Notes under the pieces: generated by a model
Database searches by the model: none
What the model was told of the DNA's origin: nothing
The model's input: only the letters and a program-made list of their open reading frames with translations
IMG/VR virus record: IMGVR_UViG_3300033067_000643
Coordinates: 1-56,938 of that record
DNA from: a virus
Taxonomy: Duplodnaviria > Caudoviricetes
Strand: one strand, 5' to 3'
Length of the DNA: 56,938 nucleotides
Part shown: positions 9,272 to 18,489 of the stretch, piece by piece
Numbering within the stretch: position 1 is the stretch's first letter
Layout of the letters: each line of letters begins with the position of its first letter
Translations under genes and position numbers: made by a program

Positions 9272-10949
9272 GGCTCAAATCTCCAGATAGTTGGACCTTA
9301 TAGGTGTCTTCAAAGAACTTCGCCGCGTGGCGAAGTTGAGGATTGGCATCGGTTGCGGCTTGGATAGCGCGCCTAAAGTCCGGCAGCTTGTCGCCAATCG
9401 CCGGTTGTCTGTACAGAACGGGTTGTTGAGCCTTGGCTAGCTCGGCAAGTAGTCGCTCGTTTTCAGCCCGCAGAGAATCCGCCAATGCTGTGTTCTGCTT
9501 GAGCGGTTCGGCTGGGCGCGCTAGTGGCGTTTCGGTGAATGGCGGGATATTCCAGGTGATGGGAACAGATGGAGCATCCGTCTTTCCGCCAGACTTTCGA
9601 TTCGCCCACCAGCCCTTGAGTTTCTTGCTGATGAAGTTCACGGCCAGCGCACCACCCACACCAGCAACCACGCCCGCGGGTCCAGAGCCAATGCCAACCG
9701 CAATTAGCAGCCCTTCAATCCATGAAGTTGCGGCCTTAGTAGCCACGCCTTCAACCTTGCCTTCGATACGATCGACGATGCCGCCATTGCTCGGGCTTGT
9801 GGAATTCGTTTGTGCTGGCGGATTGCCACCCGATTGCGCCACGCCAGCCGGTGGGCCAGCGGGAATCGGTATGGTGATGTCCGGTGCTCCCGGCGTAACT
9901 GGAACGAGTGGGCCAGCACTTTCATCCGGTAGCGGCTTGACTGGCGTGGTTCCGACTGGCGGAACGTCGGGCCTGACTTCAATCGTTCCAGGCTTAGTGC
10001 CGTTCTGAGGCTGCGGCTGGCGATGTCGGGCGCGGATGCGTTCCAGCAAATCCCTAATCGGAGTGCAAGAGCAAGCCGTGACCATGCGGGCGGGATTCAT
10101 TGTGCCGTCGTCGTTCTTCTCTGGCGTCGTCGATTGCACGACGCCCACCAGTTCGCCGCGTTCGTTCAGGACTGGTCCGCCTGAATCGCCGTGCCGTGCC
10201 GGACCATGAATTGAAAAGAAGCCTCGCACGTTGTTGGCGGTGACGAATTCAGCTAACGCGCCGCGATTTACTAGGTAGCGCCCCTGCTCGCCATAGCCAG
10301 ACGACAGCAGCATTTCGCCGATTCGCGGGTCGCTTTGCCCGATGGGAATTGGCTGGACATTTGGGGCCGCGATTTCTAGGACTGCCAAGTCGTGCGGTCG
10401 GTCTAGCTCGATCATCTTCGCGGCAAGCGTTTCGCCGTTTGGAAAGGCCACGGACAATTCGCCAGCGCCCGCCTCTTGCGTGAATGTGTGCGCCGCAGTG
10501 ACGACAAGTGCCGTCGCTCCGTTGCGTTCAACAAGCGTGCCGGAACCCATGTAGTAGGCACCAGCCACATGGTTTCGCACACGACAGACGGCAGGCGGAA
10601 CACGGTCGGTTCGCTGTTGCAGCTTCGGGCCTTGGTTCAATAGCGCAAGCAACTGCTGCTCGCTCGCCATGCCAGTGATTCGGCCGATGAGCGTGTTGCC
10701 TTCGATGACGAGAAACGTCGGATAGGCCGTGACTTCGCTTTTGTATGGCTCCCATCCCGTTGGCATGCCGTTGCTGCAATCCACCACGCGAACGTCGTAG
10801 CCAGCGTTGGCAATATTCTGGACAATGGGCTTCATCTGCTGGCAAGGTCCGCACCAGCTAGCCGTGAAATCGAACAGCACCGGCGCACCGTCAGCACTGC
10901 CGCCAAGGGCGACTAAGATTGCAGCGACAGTTAGCCAGCGATAGAGCAT
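9264..10949 (-). CDS. Exported thioredoxin + trypsin-like serine protease fusion with a C-terminal hydrophobic segment
   Basis: Signal peptide MLYRWLTVAAILVALGGSADG; WCGPC; triad TAAH / HDLA / GDSGGP; Pro-rich linker; Gly-rich hydrophobic helix. Confidence 0.9.
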   Translation of the reverse strand: MLYRWLTVAAILVALGGSADGAPVLFDFTASWCGPCQQMKPIVQNIANAGYDVRVVDCSNGMPTGWEPYKSEVTAYPTFLVIEGNTLIGRITGMASEQQLLALLNQGPKLQQRTDRVPPAVCRVRNHVAGAYYMGSGTLVERNGATALVVTAAHTFTQEAGAGELSVAFPNGETLAAKMIELDRPHDLAVLEIAAPNVQPIPIGQSDPRIGEMLLSSGYGEQGRYLVNRGALAEFVTANNVRGFFSIHGPARHGDSGGPVLNERGELVGVVQSTTPEKNDDGTMNPARMVTACSCTPIRDLLERIRARHRQPQPQNGTKPGTIEVRPDVPPVGTTPVKPLPDESAGPLVPVTPGAPDITIPIPAGPPAGVAQSGGNPPAQTNSTSPSNGGIVDRIEGKVEGVATKAATSWIEGLLIAVGIGSGPAGVVAGVGGALAVNFISKKLKGWWANRKSGGKTDAPSVPITWNIPPFTETPLARPAEPLKQNTALADSLRAENERLLAELAKAQQPVLYRQPAIGDKLPDFRRAIQAATDANPQLRHAAKFFEDTYKVQLSGDLSHA

Positions 10950-10956
10950 GGTAAAT

Positions 10957-11475
10957 TTAGCGGCAACGTCGGTGAAAAATGCGGAGCCTTGGACGGCAGC
11001 GCTGAGCGGGTTTGCATTTGGCCGGTGGCGCAATGGCTGCGGTCGGCTGCGGCTTGGGGGCTTCGGGGGCTGGGGTGGGAACTGTGTCTGTCTCGCGCTT
11101 TTGGGCCTTATCGCAACGGCATGTAGCACCTAGAAATACTCGCGGCCAAGGATTCCACTGCCACCCGCTCTCCCATTGGTCGCACGCACACGATTCGCCG
11201 CAAAGGCATTGGCCGAGCGGACCCGGCTTGATTTCAACGAGTGGCTTCGGTGCCTTGCATTGACACGATTTGCAATCGCATGGCTTCTCTTTTTCGCAGC
11301 ACGCCGCGGGCTCCGCAGGCTTCGCCGTTCCATTTGGGCAACACGCAACAGGCGTCCGAACGTGCTCGGGAATCATGCTCAGCGACACCACCCAAGTAAG
11401 CAGCATCAAGCCGAAAACGGCGGCAAAGGCAAAGGCCACAGTCCAAGGCATGGCGGTTTCGTTTTTCTTGCTCAC
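10957..11475 (-). CDS. Membrane-anchored cysteine-rich protein
   Basis: TM segment, then CC, CDCKSCQC, CLCGESCAC, CRC clusters; GTGA overlap with the upstream stop. Confidence 0.7.
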   Translation of the reverse strand: MSKKNETAMPWTVAFAFAAVFGLMLLTWVVSLSMIPEHVRTPVACCPNGTAKPAEPAACCEKEKPCDCKSCQCKAPKPLVEIKPGPLGQCLCGESCACDQWESGWQWNPWPRVFLGATCRCDKAQKRETDTVPTPAPEAPKPQPTAAIAPPAKCKPAQRCRPRLRIFHRRCR

Positions 11476-12083
11476 GGTATCACCAGCCCTTCCCATAAAA
11501 CCGCGTGATAGCCACGCTGTAAGTCGTTCGGTTCGATGAACCTGTCGCCACGCCGCGGGCAGGGGTCGAAGCCTTCACCCTTGCCAGCCAATCGCTCAGC
11601 CCAGCCCACCGTCTGCGAGCAATGCTTCAGGTCTTCCCACTTGCTGGGCGTCGTGTCTGTCGTGTCGATCTTTCCGAACCCGAACCAACCGGCCACAATC
11701 CGAATCAGGTTGCACCGAAACCACAGAGCCAGAACTACCGACCAGACTCCATACTGATGGCCTGCTTGCCGGCAAACGATGTCAGCCGACTTGGCCGCGC
11801 ACTCTTGCGAGCACTTCGGCCGGTATACGTCGATGCGTCCTGGGTACTTTTCAATCTGGCTCGACGCGGTAATGATTCGCCCCCCGAAGAACTCCCGACA
11901 CTCCGCAATCATCAAAACGGTTTGCTTGCCCCTCGCATCCCGCAGCCAAACGAACTTGCCAACGTGTGTGTAGGGGTCGACCTGCGTGGCTCCAATCAGT
12001 CCGCCATTCCTGAACATGGCGTTGTCGCCCGTCCGAATCAGGCGGCGAACTTCGTGGTATTGGGTGGTGTTGGGCTCGTCCAC
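11472..12083 (-). CDS. Permuted papain-like NlpC/P60 enzyme (YiiX/YebB-like)
   Basis: IRTGD..F, YTHVG (His) preceding G..Y and CSQ (Cys), terminal P.DL. Confidence 0.8.
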   Translation of the reverse strand: MDEPNTTQYHEVRRLIRTGDNAMFRNGGLIGATQVDPYTHVGKFVWLRDARGKQTVLMIAECREFFGGRIITASSQIEKYPGRIDVYRPKCSQECAAKSADIVCRQAGHQYGVWSVVLALWFRCNLIRIVAGWFGFGKIDTTDTTPSKWEDLKHCSQTVGWAERLAGKGEGFDPCPRRGDRFIEPNDLQRGYHAVLWEGLVIP

Positions 12084-12278
12084 TTACGATCCCTCGGAAA
12101 TAACCCGATCCGCTTCGTCTCTAAAGCTGTCTCGATTCACCATCCGCTCAAGTATCAGCAGCGCCGCACGGCAGCTATTCGCCGGCGTCTGAGCGTCCAG
12201 CGCAAACATCATGTTCACAGCCACTCTGGCCACCGCCTGCACTTCGTGGCCGTATGTTCTCTCGTTCCCGTCGACCAA
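12084..12278 (-). CDS. Hypothetical protein
   Basis: Abuts the NlpC/P60 start. Confidence 0.45.
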   Translation of the reverse strand: MVDGNERTYGHEVQAVARVAVNMMFALDAQTPANSCRAALLILERMVNRDSFRDEADRVISEGS

Positions 12279-12312
12279 CGATCACCCCCTTTCGACTGCT
12301 AGAGGGCCGCCG

Positions 12313-12558
12313 CTAAACCACGTTTATCCCGCTCTGCACAAGCATGTCGATGTCGGCCTTGTGTCGCGCCGCTTGCTCGTTCATTTGCTGAGTGAGCTTG
12401 CGAACTTGGTCCTGAAGCTTTGAGATGTCGCTATTGTAGAAACCGCGGAACTTAGCTTGCCGCTCGAACTCTTCTTTCATCGAAAGGTTAATAATCACCC
12501 CAATGCCGATGACGAGCTCGACGCTAACAAGTGCAATAAATAAGGCGGCTTCGGCCAT
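12313..12558 (-). CDS. N-terminal TM plus coiled-coil protein
   Basis: Hydrophobic N-terminus and heptad-like C-terminus. Confidence 0.6.
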   Translation of the reverse strand: MAEAALFIALVSVELVIGIGVIINLSMKEEFERQAKFRGFYNSDISKLQDQVRKLTQQMNEQAARHKADIDMLVQSGINVV

Positions 12559-12560
12559 CG

Positions 12561-13574
12561 CTACTTCGCTCCCTGATAAACCCGGTAAGTGCCGTCTGGA
12601 TTGGAACCATCTGCGGGAAGGAAGCTCGCCTTAGAGCGGCGCGCCTCCACGTCGTAGATTGCTTTGGCCGTGCCTGGAACAACCGTGAACGTGCAGCCAT
12701 CCACCAAGAATTGGCAGGGCTGGCCGTCGGAGTAGTACTGGTCCGTGATGGCCGCAATGCGGGGGCAGCCAAACTTGCCGGTCGGTTCGTATTCCGTCGT
12801 GAGTCCGGCCGATGAGAAGAAGCTATTGCGGATGGTCGCTTTTCCGCCTCGCATCAACACGCCAGCTAGGACGCCGCCACGGTTCACATCAGAACCGCTC
12901 GATTCTCCAAACGACTTGGAGCCATCAGCCGTGCCGAGGAACTTGCAGTTCTCAGCTTCGATAGCGACTCGATAGCTTCCGCTGCTGTCGAGGCCAGTAA
13001 GCCCCATGCGGGCATATTGCAAGGTGCAATTGCGAAAGCGGACGGTACGGTGACCAGCACTCCAGTTGTAGAACAGCCAGTCGTTGCCCTGCGAACCGTC
13101 TAGCGTGCAATCCTGGAACGTCACATCGGCGTCGGATTGCGGCTCACCAAACCCGATGAGCCCTCCATCTTCATTCCCGTCATAGCAGCGTCCAATGAAC
13201 GTGAAGCCCTTGAACGAATACTTGCCTTTGACCAGCACAAAGCCCGGCGTCCCTTTCGGCTTTGTCATGGCCGTGGCGTCGATCTTGCAGCGGGTAGTCC
13301 AGACGGCTCCCTCGCTAATCCAGCACGCAGCCGGCAGCGAAAGCACGTAGTCTTTGCCGAAGTCCGCTTCGCCGCGGGCGATGAGCGTGTCTGTTTCGAT
13401 AACCTTCGTGCCGATGCCGCCCAGCGTAGAGCGAATGACGGCAGCCCGGTCTGCGGAGTTGGTCGACTTCGGGGAATCGAGCAGCGTTTTGCCATCTCGC
13501 ACCCATGAGATATCTTGAGCCGCCGCCGAAAGCGTCAGCAGCAAGAATGCCAGGGCTGAGAGCAAAGGTCGCAT
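12561..13574 (-). CDS. Exported right-handed beta-helix (pectin-lyase-like) protein
   Basis: Signal peptide MRPLLSALAFLLLTLSAAAQ; repeated TFQDCTL, RFRNCTL, ENCKF, IRNSFF, VDGCTF coils. Confidence 0.7.
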   Translation of the reverse strand: MRPLLSALAFLLLTLSAAAQDISWVRDGKTLLDSPKSTNSADRAAVIRSTLGGIGTKVIETDTLIARGEADFGKDYVLSLPAACWISEGAVWTTRCKIDATAMTKPKGTPGFVLVKGKYSFKGFTFIGRCYDGNEDGGLIGFGEPQSDADVTFQDCTLDGSQGNDWLFYNWSAGHRTVRFRNCTLQYARMGLTGLDSSGSYRVAIEAENCKFLGTADGSKSFGESSGSDVNRGGVLAGVLMRGGKATIRNSFFSSAGLTTEYEPTGKFGCPRIAAITDQYYSDGQPCQFLVDGCTFTVVPGTAKAIYDVEARRSKASFLPADGSNPDGTYRVYQGAK

Positions 13575-13594
13575 TCGGGGTTTCCCTATGGGCA

Positions 13595-13647
13595 AATAAA
13601 AAACGGGCGCTGCTAGTGACATTGGCTTGTCACCGGCAGCGCCCGTT
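13595..13647 (-). terminator. Intrinsic terminator separating the early and late blocks
   Basis: AACGGGCGCTGC..TGACA/TGTCA..GCAGCGCCCGTT long stem followed by TTTTATTT on the minus strand. Confidence 0.8.
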
Positions 13648-13764
13648 CACGTCGCCGCATTGGCTTGCGGCAAGGGTACTGTTTCAGATTATCGGGGCAG
13701 AATTAGCGTTTCATGGCATCACCTCGCGTTTTACGCGGAGAGCAAATTGAAATCGGTAAGACGA

Positions 13765-13977
13765 TCAGCCATTAAGCCTATCGTGGCTGGCTTTGTCCGT
13801 CAAGTAAATCGCGGGGCCTTTCCGCGTCATCCACAGCTCAGAGCCCGTGATCGAGCGATACGACAGCCGCCCATCCTTGACCGATAGCACGATGTCCCGA
13901 ATGTGAACTTCCTCGCCTAGCACGTAAGCCGTGCTCTTAACAGCTCCGCCCATCCCTAAGGCCCTCTCACAAGGCAC
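13765..13977 (-). CDS. Hypothetical protein
   Basis: Short ORF with GGAG upstream. Confidence 0.4.
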   Translation of the reverse strand: MPCERALGMGGAVKSTAYVLGEEVHIRDIVLSVKDGRLSYRSITGSELWMTRKGPAIYLTDKASHDRLNG

Positions 13978-14476
13978 ACTCCGTTATTTAAGGCTCGCTT
14001 CCTGCTAGCCCACCCGTGCCGAACGTGACACGGAACTCGCTTCTGCTATAATCTATTATGCGTGGTGGAACCGGACTTAGCGTCCGATCAGCCGCCATGC
14101 TTGCCCTGTATCGTGCGAATGCTCGCGTACCACGCGGGTTCGGGTCGACAAAATTCGCGGTTCGTATGAGCTGTGAATTGATGCCGCCTATAGCCCGGTA
14201 CGGGGCCTTTTTCGGGGGTGCCACTCGTATCCGAAAACCCTAGTTCATATTAGGGAACCGCCTCAGTGCGGGCCGCAAGGCTAGGTGCGAGGGTGCTCCC
14301 GTTTTTCATGCGCCGCATGGCCGCACTTAACCACCTATGCGACCATTGGTTGCGTAAATAAATGCGGCAAATACACGACTTTCATGGCCAAGCTTTTCCC
14401 TCCCCCTGCTAGCCCATGTACGCCGCCGTGGCGTACCCGATTGAATCTAAACCCGAGAGCCCGCCACCATTGACGG

Positions 14477-14737
14477 TCAGCACTCTCGGGTTGCTGCGCG
14501 GCTCAAGTCCGCGTCAGTCTCACAAGCCCCTTGCGGGGAAACTTCGTAATGGTACTCGCGCACCTCTTTGCCGTCCCGACGCACCGTCGCCAATCGGTAG
14601 GTGCATGGCGCAACGTGGTTACCGAACACGTCCATGCAGCCGGGGAACTCGTATGACTCCGGCATGGGGTGGGCCATAAACTTCTCGCCGGCATGATACC
14701 CACCAACGAACTCAACCCGGTGAAAGTAAGCCGCCAT
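14477..14737 (-). CDS. Hypothetical protein
   Basis: GGAG RBS; MAAYFHRVEFVGG start. Confidence 0.6.
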   Translation of the reverse strand: MAAYFHRVEFVGGYHAGEKFMAHPMPESYEFPGCMDVFGNHVAPCTYRLATVRRDGKEVREYHYEVSPQGACETDADLSRAATREC

Positions 14738-14772
14738 TTCCGCTCCCCGATCTTTCCCAATTTGGGAAGAAG

Positions 14773-15120
14773 TCAGCCGCCACCGTACCACTTACGACGC
14801 ATTTCCTCGCTGGCCTTGGCTTCTGCGTCAGTCGGGCCAGTCTTGGTGGCGAACTCTTCATAGGCCGCGAAGCTGACTAGGCTGGCAGTCGGCCACTTGG
14901 TAGCAGGCTTCTTGGGCTCTCCCGGCTGTGGGTCGAGGTAGGCACCGATTTCAAGCTGGCTGTCTTCAAGGAAGTAACCGCTTCCCACCACTCCCCAGCA
15001 ATGCCGCGTTCTCTCTCTCAGCGGGGAACCTTCTGGCAGCGGGTCGCATTTCCCAACGGTCCAGTCTGAATCTTGCGACTTGAACCGCACGTAGTAGAAC
15101 CCAGGCTTCAGGTCGCTCAT
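14773..15120 (-). CDS. Hypothetical protein
   Basis: ATGA coupling; KPGFYYVR..W motif typical of small phage proteins. Confidence 0.65.
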   Translation of the reverse strand: MSDLKPGFYYVRFKSQDSDWTVGKCDPLPEGSPLRERTRHCWGVVGSGYFLEDSQLEIGAYLDPQPGEPKKPATKWPTASLVSFAAYEEFATKTGPTDAEAKASEEMRRKWYGGG

Positions 15121-15401
15121 GGCCGCTCCTCAAACTTAGGGCACGACCACTGAGGGCCGCACAGCAATCCCGATGATAGCTGATCGCCAGAAGTAAACGC
15201 ACCAGCATCGTCCAGCGTCTTCTGCGCCGGCCAGCGCCGATCGAGTCCGAATCGCGTGCCGTCCAGAATTCCATTGCAAAGACCATAGCCAAGCTTAACA
15301 GCGAAGTCTTTAACGCCATGGCCAAATCGCCCACGGAACGTCGACACCTTCACTGGCATCGGTTCCCAGTGCTTGCAGTTCTTACAGAGACGCTCGCTCA
15401 T
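15117..15401 (-). CDS. Cys-rich hypothetical protein
   Basis: CKNCKHW...G.C...C..F pattern. Confidence 0.65.
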   Translation of the reverse strand: MSERLCKNCKHWEPMPVKVSTFRGRFGHGVKDFAVKLGYGLCNGILDGTRFGLDRRWPAQKTLDDAGAFTSGDQLSSGLLCGPQWSCPKFEERP

Positions 15402-15598
15402 AACTTGCTCCAAGTGGTTTCCGGTATCTTAGCAGACCGCTGGCCGGACGTGAGTAGGGTCAAACGCGCACTACGGCGTAAAGGAAAAACATCCCCACAA
15501 AGAAGCCGATAATCAATCCAATTGCAAACCAGAACAGCGACGGTATGCGCGGCTCTTTAATCACGCTCACTTGGTATTCCTCCTCGGTGGTGGCGGGG

Positions 15599-15871
15599 CT
15601 AGACGGCCTGTCGCCTCTTGCGTTCGACCGGCAGGCCGTGGAGGTAGTCTAAGTTCCGAAGTTTGGTTGTGATCTCTCCCAGGGATTGCGCGTCGATGCG
15701 AACTAGGAACTCGGGCAAGAACACGTACCGCCGCATTGTCGAGCTGCGGCTGATGTGGCCAAGGTGGTAATGGTCCCATTCCCTGTACACTTCGAGACGC
15801 TTGGATTTCTGATTGCCGTGGGTCGCCTGATCGACGAACTTTACTGCTGACTTGTGTACTTTGCTTCCCAT
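15599..15871 (-). CDS. Hypothetical protein
   Basis: ORF co-oriented with the operon. Confidence 0.5.
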   Translation of the reverse strand: MGSKVHKSAVKFVDQATHGNQKSKRLEVYREWDHYHLGHISRSSTMRRYVFLPEFLVRIDAQSLGEITTKLRNLDYLHGLPVERKRRQAV

Positions 15872-15913
15872 GTCTGCTCGCTTGCTCCAGGTTAGGGGGT
15901 GCCGGGTGGATGG

Positions 15914-16189
15914 TTAGAAACGAAGCGACGCCAGATGCTTCCACTGGGCCTTAAGAACTTCACGAAGCGACCTGCCTTCGCTGAACATCATCCATTCGGT
16001 CAGCGTCGTACCGACGTACAGGGCAAAGAGAGAACCTAGTAAAATCAACGCGACGAACACTGCGTCGCTCATGCCGCCGTCCGCGTATTGATAGCCGCAG
16101 TTCCGGCAGACTTCGACGGTTGACTCGATGTGATTGCAGCCGGGGCATCTTGGCGGTGGGCTGCTAGTGTGTGGGATGAACGGGGTCAC
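15914..16189 (-). CDS. Zn-ribbon plus TM protein
   Basis: CPGC..CRNC followed by a hydrophobic helix; GAAAGGA RBS before the GTG at 16189. Confidence 0.6.
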   Translation of the reverse strand: MTPFIPHTSSPPPRCPGCNHIESTVEVCRNCGYQYADGGMSDAVFVALILLGSLFALYVGTTLTEWMMFSEGRSLREVLKAQWKHLASLRF

Positions 16190-16236
16190 TTTGGATTTCC
16201 TTTCGGTTAGGTCGCCGCGCCCACTGGGGGAGCAGC

Positions 16237-16250
16237 GGGGGGGGGGGGGG
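16237..16250. repeat. G14 homopolymer
   Basis: Direct count. Confidence 0.9.
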
Positions 16251-16254
16251 TTAG

Positions 16255-16461
16255 TCACCACGAAAGATCGTTCTCAATAACCGTCTTGTCGCAAGCTTCG
16301 GCCGCTGCCTGAAGCACACACATCGACGCATCAGCCATCCGCGATTCAAGGTTTTCGGCCCACCAAATATTTATCATTTCATCCTCGGCGATCTTTCCGG
16401 TAACCTTGCCAATGGCTTCAATCAACATCACGCGAATCTTCGCTTTGGTTTCTTCATTCAT
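16255..16461 (-). CDS. Hypothetical protein
   Basis: ORF with RBS. Confidence 0.6.
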   Translation of the reverse strand: MNEETKAKIRVMLIEAIGKVTGKIAEDEMINIWWAENLESRMADASMCVLQAAAEACDKTVIENDLSW

Positions 16462-16512
16462 CTCGCTTCACCTTCTCCAAGTAAGTGGTTGTGAGTAGCG
16501 CCCTTGTGAGTC

Positions 16513-18192
16513 CTAATCCTGCTCCCCCGTTCCCTTGGCTGTTACCGGGGGCTGCGATTCGGGGCCATACGCCATCACCCTTAGCCGCCTCACGTTAGCG
16601 ACCAAGCCCGCAATCGTGTAGGCGTTTCGTGATCCCTCCGGCCAGCCATAAGCCAGAGCGGCGATTGTATCTACCCATGCGGCGTACTGGCCCCCGCCTA
16701 CCTCTGCTGCTGGGGGTGCGGATGGTAGGACGAACTCGCGTATGAATTTCTTCATGCCCTGGTTCGCATCAGAGATAAACCGTTTATCAAACTCCGCTTC
16801 CCAGTTGCTGGCTGCTGGCGGGGCGGCGGGCATTGGAACCCAGCCGGCAGTTAAAGCCGCTTCATCAAGTGCGTTGCGAATGTCAGCGTCGCGCGACTTG
16901 AACCTTGCGGCTCGCTCCTCGCTGGCTGCTGGCGGTGCGGGGGGCTGTTGAAACGCAACTCGAATGATCTCCGCGATGGCCTCCTCGAACGGCTCTCTCG
17001 TCGCAAGGTCGACGCTGTATTCAGTCGGGATAATTGGCTTGCCATGCAAGCTCTGGCAACTCAGCCATGAAACGATCCGTTCTGCCGCCCTTGCTTCTTT
17101 CGTCTGGCACAATCGCTGCTCCTCGCTGGCTGCTGGGGCCTTGGCTGTTACCGGGGGCTGCGATGCCTTTTGCCGTGTCAGCATTCCGACGAGCATTCCA
17201 ACCGCCAACTCCAAGTGCTGGATGTCGTAAGGGCCGTTCAGGTGTGTGCGGATTTCGCCGCCGGTGTTCGTGTGCAACCATTCGCACACGTCGTGGACAT
17301 TCGCTTTTAGGTCCGCAAACGCCAAGGCGTCTGCAAGCATTTGTTCGTCTCGCTGCTCCCCGCCTACCTCTGCTGCTGGGGGGGCGGCGGGAATGTGCTG
17401 CCTAATCTCTTCGTAGATTGCCCGGCGAACACTGATTGCGATTTGGGTGTTCGGCAGCCATCGCTTAATCGCCGCACAAAACTTATCCCACGCTGCGTCA
17501 TAATCTGGATTCATGCCATGCGGCTCCTCGCTGGCTGCTGGGGCCTTGGGGGCTGACTGTTCGCGTGTTGACTTGTACGCCATAGCAATTGTCTGCCGCT
17601 CGGCGGCTTGCTCAAGGCCGCTGATGTAATCGGCGACGATATCGACCTTTTCGCCGGCAGACCTTTTTGTCCAGTGCTCGTCGGAAATTCCATCAGGCCG
17701 GATACGCTCAAGCGTTCCGTGGAATATCGCGCGGGTTATTTTCTCGTCGTTTGCCGCGTCCCCTTCCCCGCTCTCGGCCTTGGGGGGATGCCAGCGTTTT
17801 AGAATCTTGCGCGGCAGGCCGATCCATTTGCTGCCCGATTTACTGTGGTCGGAGTAGCGAACATTCCCTAGCGCATCGAGGAAGGTGTCGCCTGCCCTAA
17901 CCTCCCGGTCACAATCAATCACGTGCACCACCGCTCCCTCGGGCAGCACGCCGGCAGATAGGGCGGCTCCGGCTTTCATTTGCCAGTGGTCGCGGTCTCG
18001 CTCCATCGTGGATAGATTGTCGGACAGCCGCTCTGCTCTCTGGTTCGCTTCGGCTAGCTGGGCCTTCAGTGATTCGACCTCCAATTTATAAACTTCCCGT
18101 TCGCAATCGTTGATGATGAATAAGTGTTTAGCGTTTTCTAATTGCCGAATAGCTGAGTTGAATCCTTGCTCAGCGGTTGCGGTCGTGCTCAT
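16513..18192 (-). CDS. Mosaic multi-module protein with repeated Pro/Ala linkers
   Basis: Coiled-coil N-terminus; unique segments separated by PAASEE, PAAEVGG and SQPPVTAK repeats. Confidence 0.8.
   Translation of the reverse strand: MSTTATAEQGFNSAIRQLENAKHLFIINDCEREVYKLEVESLKAQLAEANQRAERLSDNLSTMERDRDHWQMKAGAALSAGVLPEGAVVHVIDCDREVRAGDTFLDALGNVRYSDHSKSGSKWIGLPRKILKRWHPPKAESGEGDAANDEKITRAIFHGTLERIRPDGISDEHWTKRSAGEKVDIVADYISGLEQAAERQTIAMAYKSTREQSAPKAPAASEEPHGMNPDYDAAWDKFCAAIKRWLPNTQIAISVRRAIYEEIRQHIPAAPPAAEVGGEQRDEQMLADALAFADLKANVHDVCEWLHTNTGGEIRTHLNGPYDIQHLELAVGMLVGMLTRQKASQPPVTAKAPAASEEQRLCQTKEARAAERIVSWLSCQSLHGKPIIPTEYSVDLATREPFEEAIAEIIRVAFQQPPAPPAASEERAARFKSRDADIRNALDEAALTAGWVPMPAAPPAASNWEAEFDKRFISDANQGMKKFIREFVLPSAPPAAEVGGGQYAAWVDTIAALAYGWPEGSRNAYTIAGLVANVRRLRVMAYGPESQPPVTAKGTGEQD
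16533..17549. repeat. Interspersed exact 25-27 bp direct repeats
   Basis: 16533-16558=17139-17164; 16692-16716=17358-17382; 17118-17144=17523-17549; shorter copies at 16914 and 16807. Confidence 0.9.
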
Positions 18193-18225
18193 GTTCGTAC
18201 TCGCTTTTAGGTGTTGGAGGGTGGA

Positions 18226-18489
18226 TCAGCGTGGAAGCGTTTTTGGGTATCGTGGGTGGTCGTCGAAAATGTACAGGTCGAAGAACTCCTCGATTACGCC
18301 GTGATCGCCTGCGCGGAAGCGGTCACGAAGCTCACGCAAATGTTCTCCGAGTCCGTAGACCTTTCGCTGTCTCAGCAGGTTCATCAGGTCCACCCGCATC
18401 TTACAGTCGTGTGGACTTGGCGGCGGTGGCGATACCTGCGGAACGCCCTTGGCCGACCCTGGCGGATTCACTCCAATTTCATTTTCCAT
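18226..18489 (-). CDS. Hypothetical protein
   Basis: Overlaps the RuvC-like stop. Confidence 0.55.
   Translation of the reverse strand: MENEIGVNPPGSAKGVPQVSPPPPSPHDCKMRVDLMNLLRQRKVYGLGEHLRELRDRFRAGDHGVIEEFFDLYIFDDHPRYPKTLPR

Noticed and set aside
12313-12558. Spanin pair
   Set aside because: The TM-coiled-coil would fit an i-spanin, but I found no lipobox-bearing o-spanin partner
16533-17549. CRISPR array
   Set aside because: The repeats are of several types, irregularly spaced and in-frame coding; no cas genes are present
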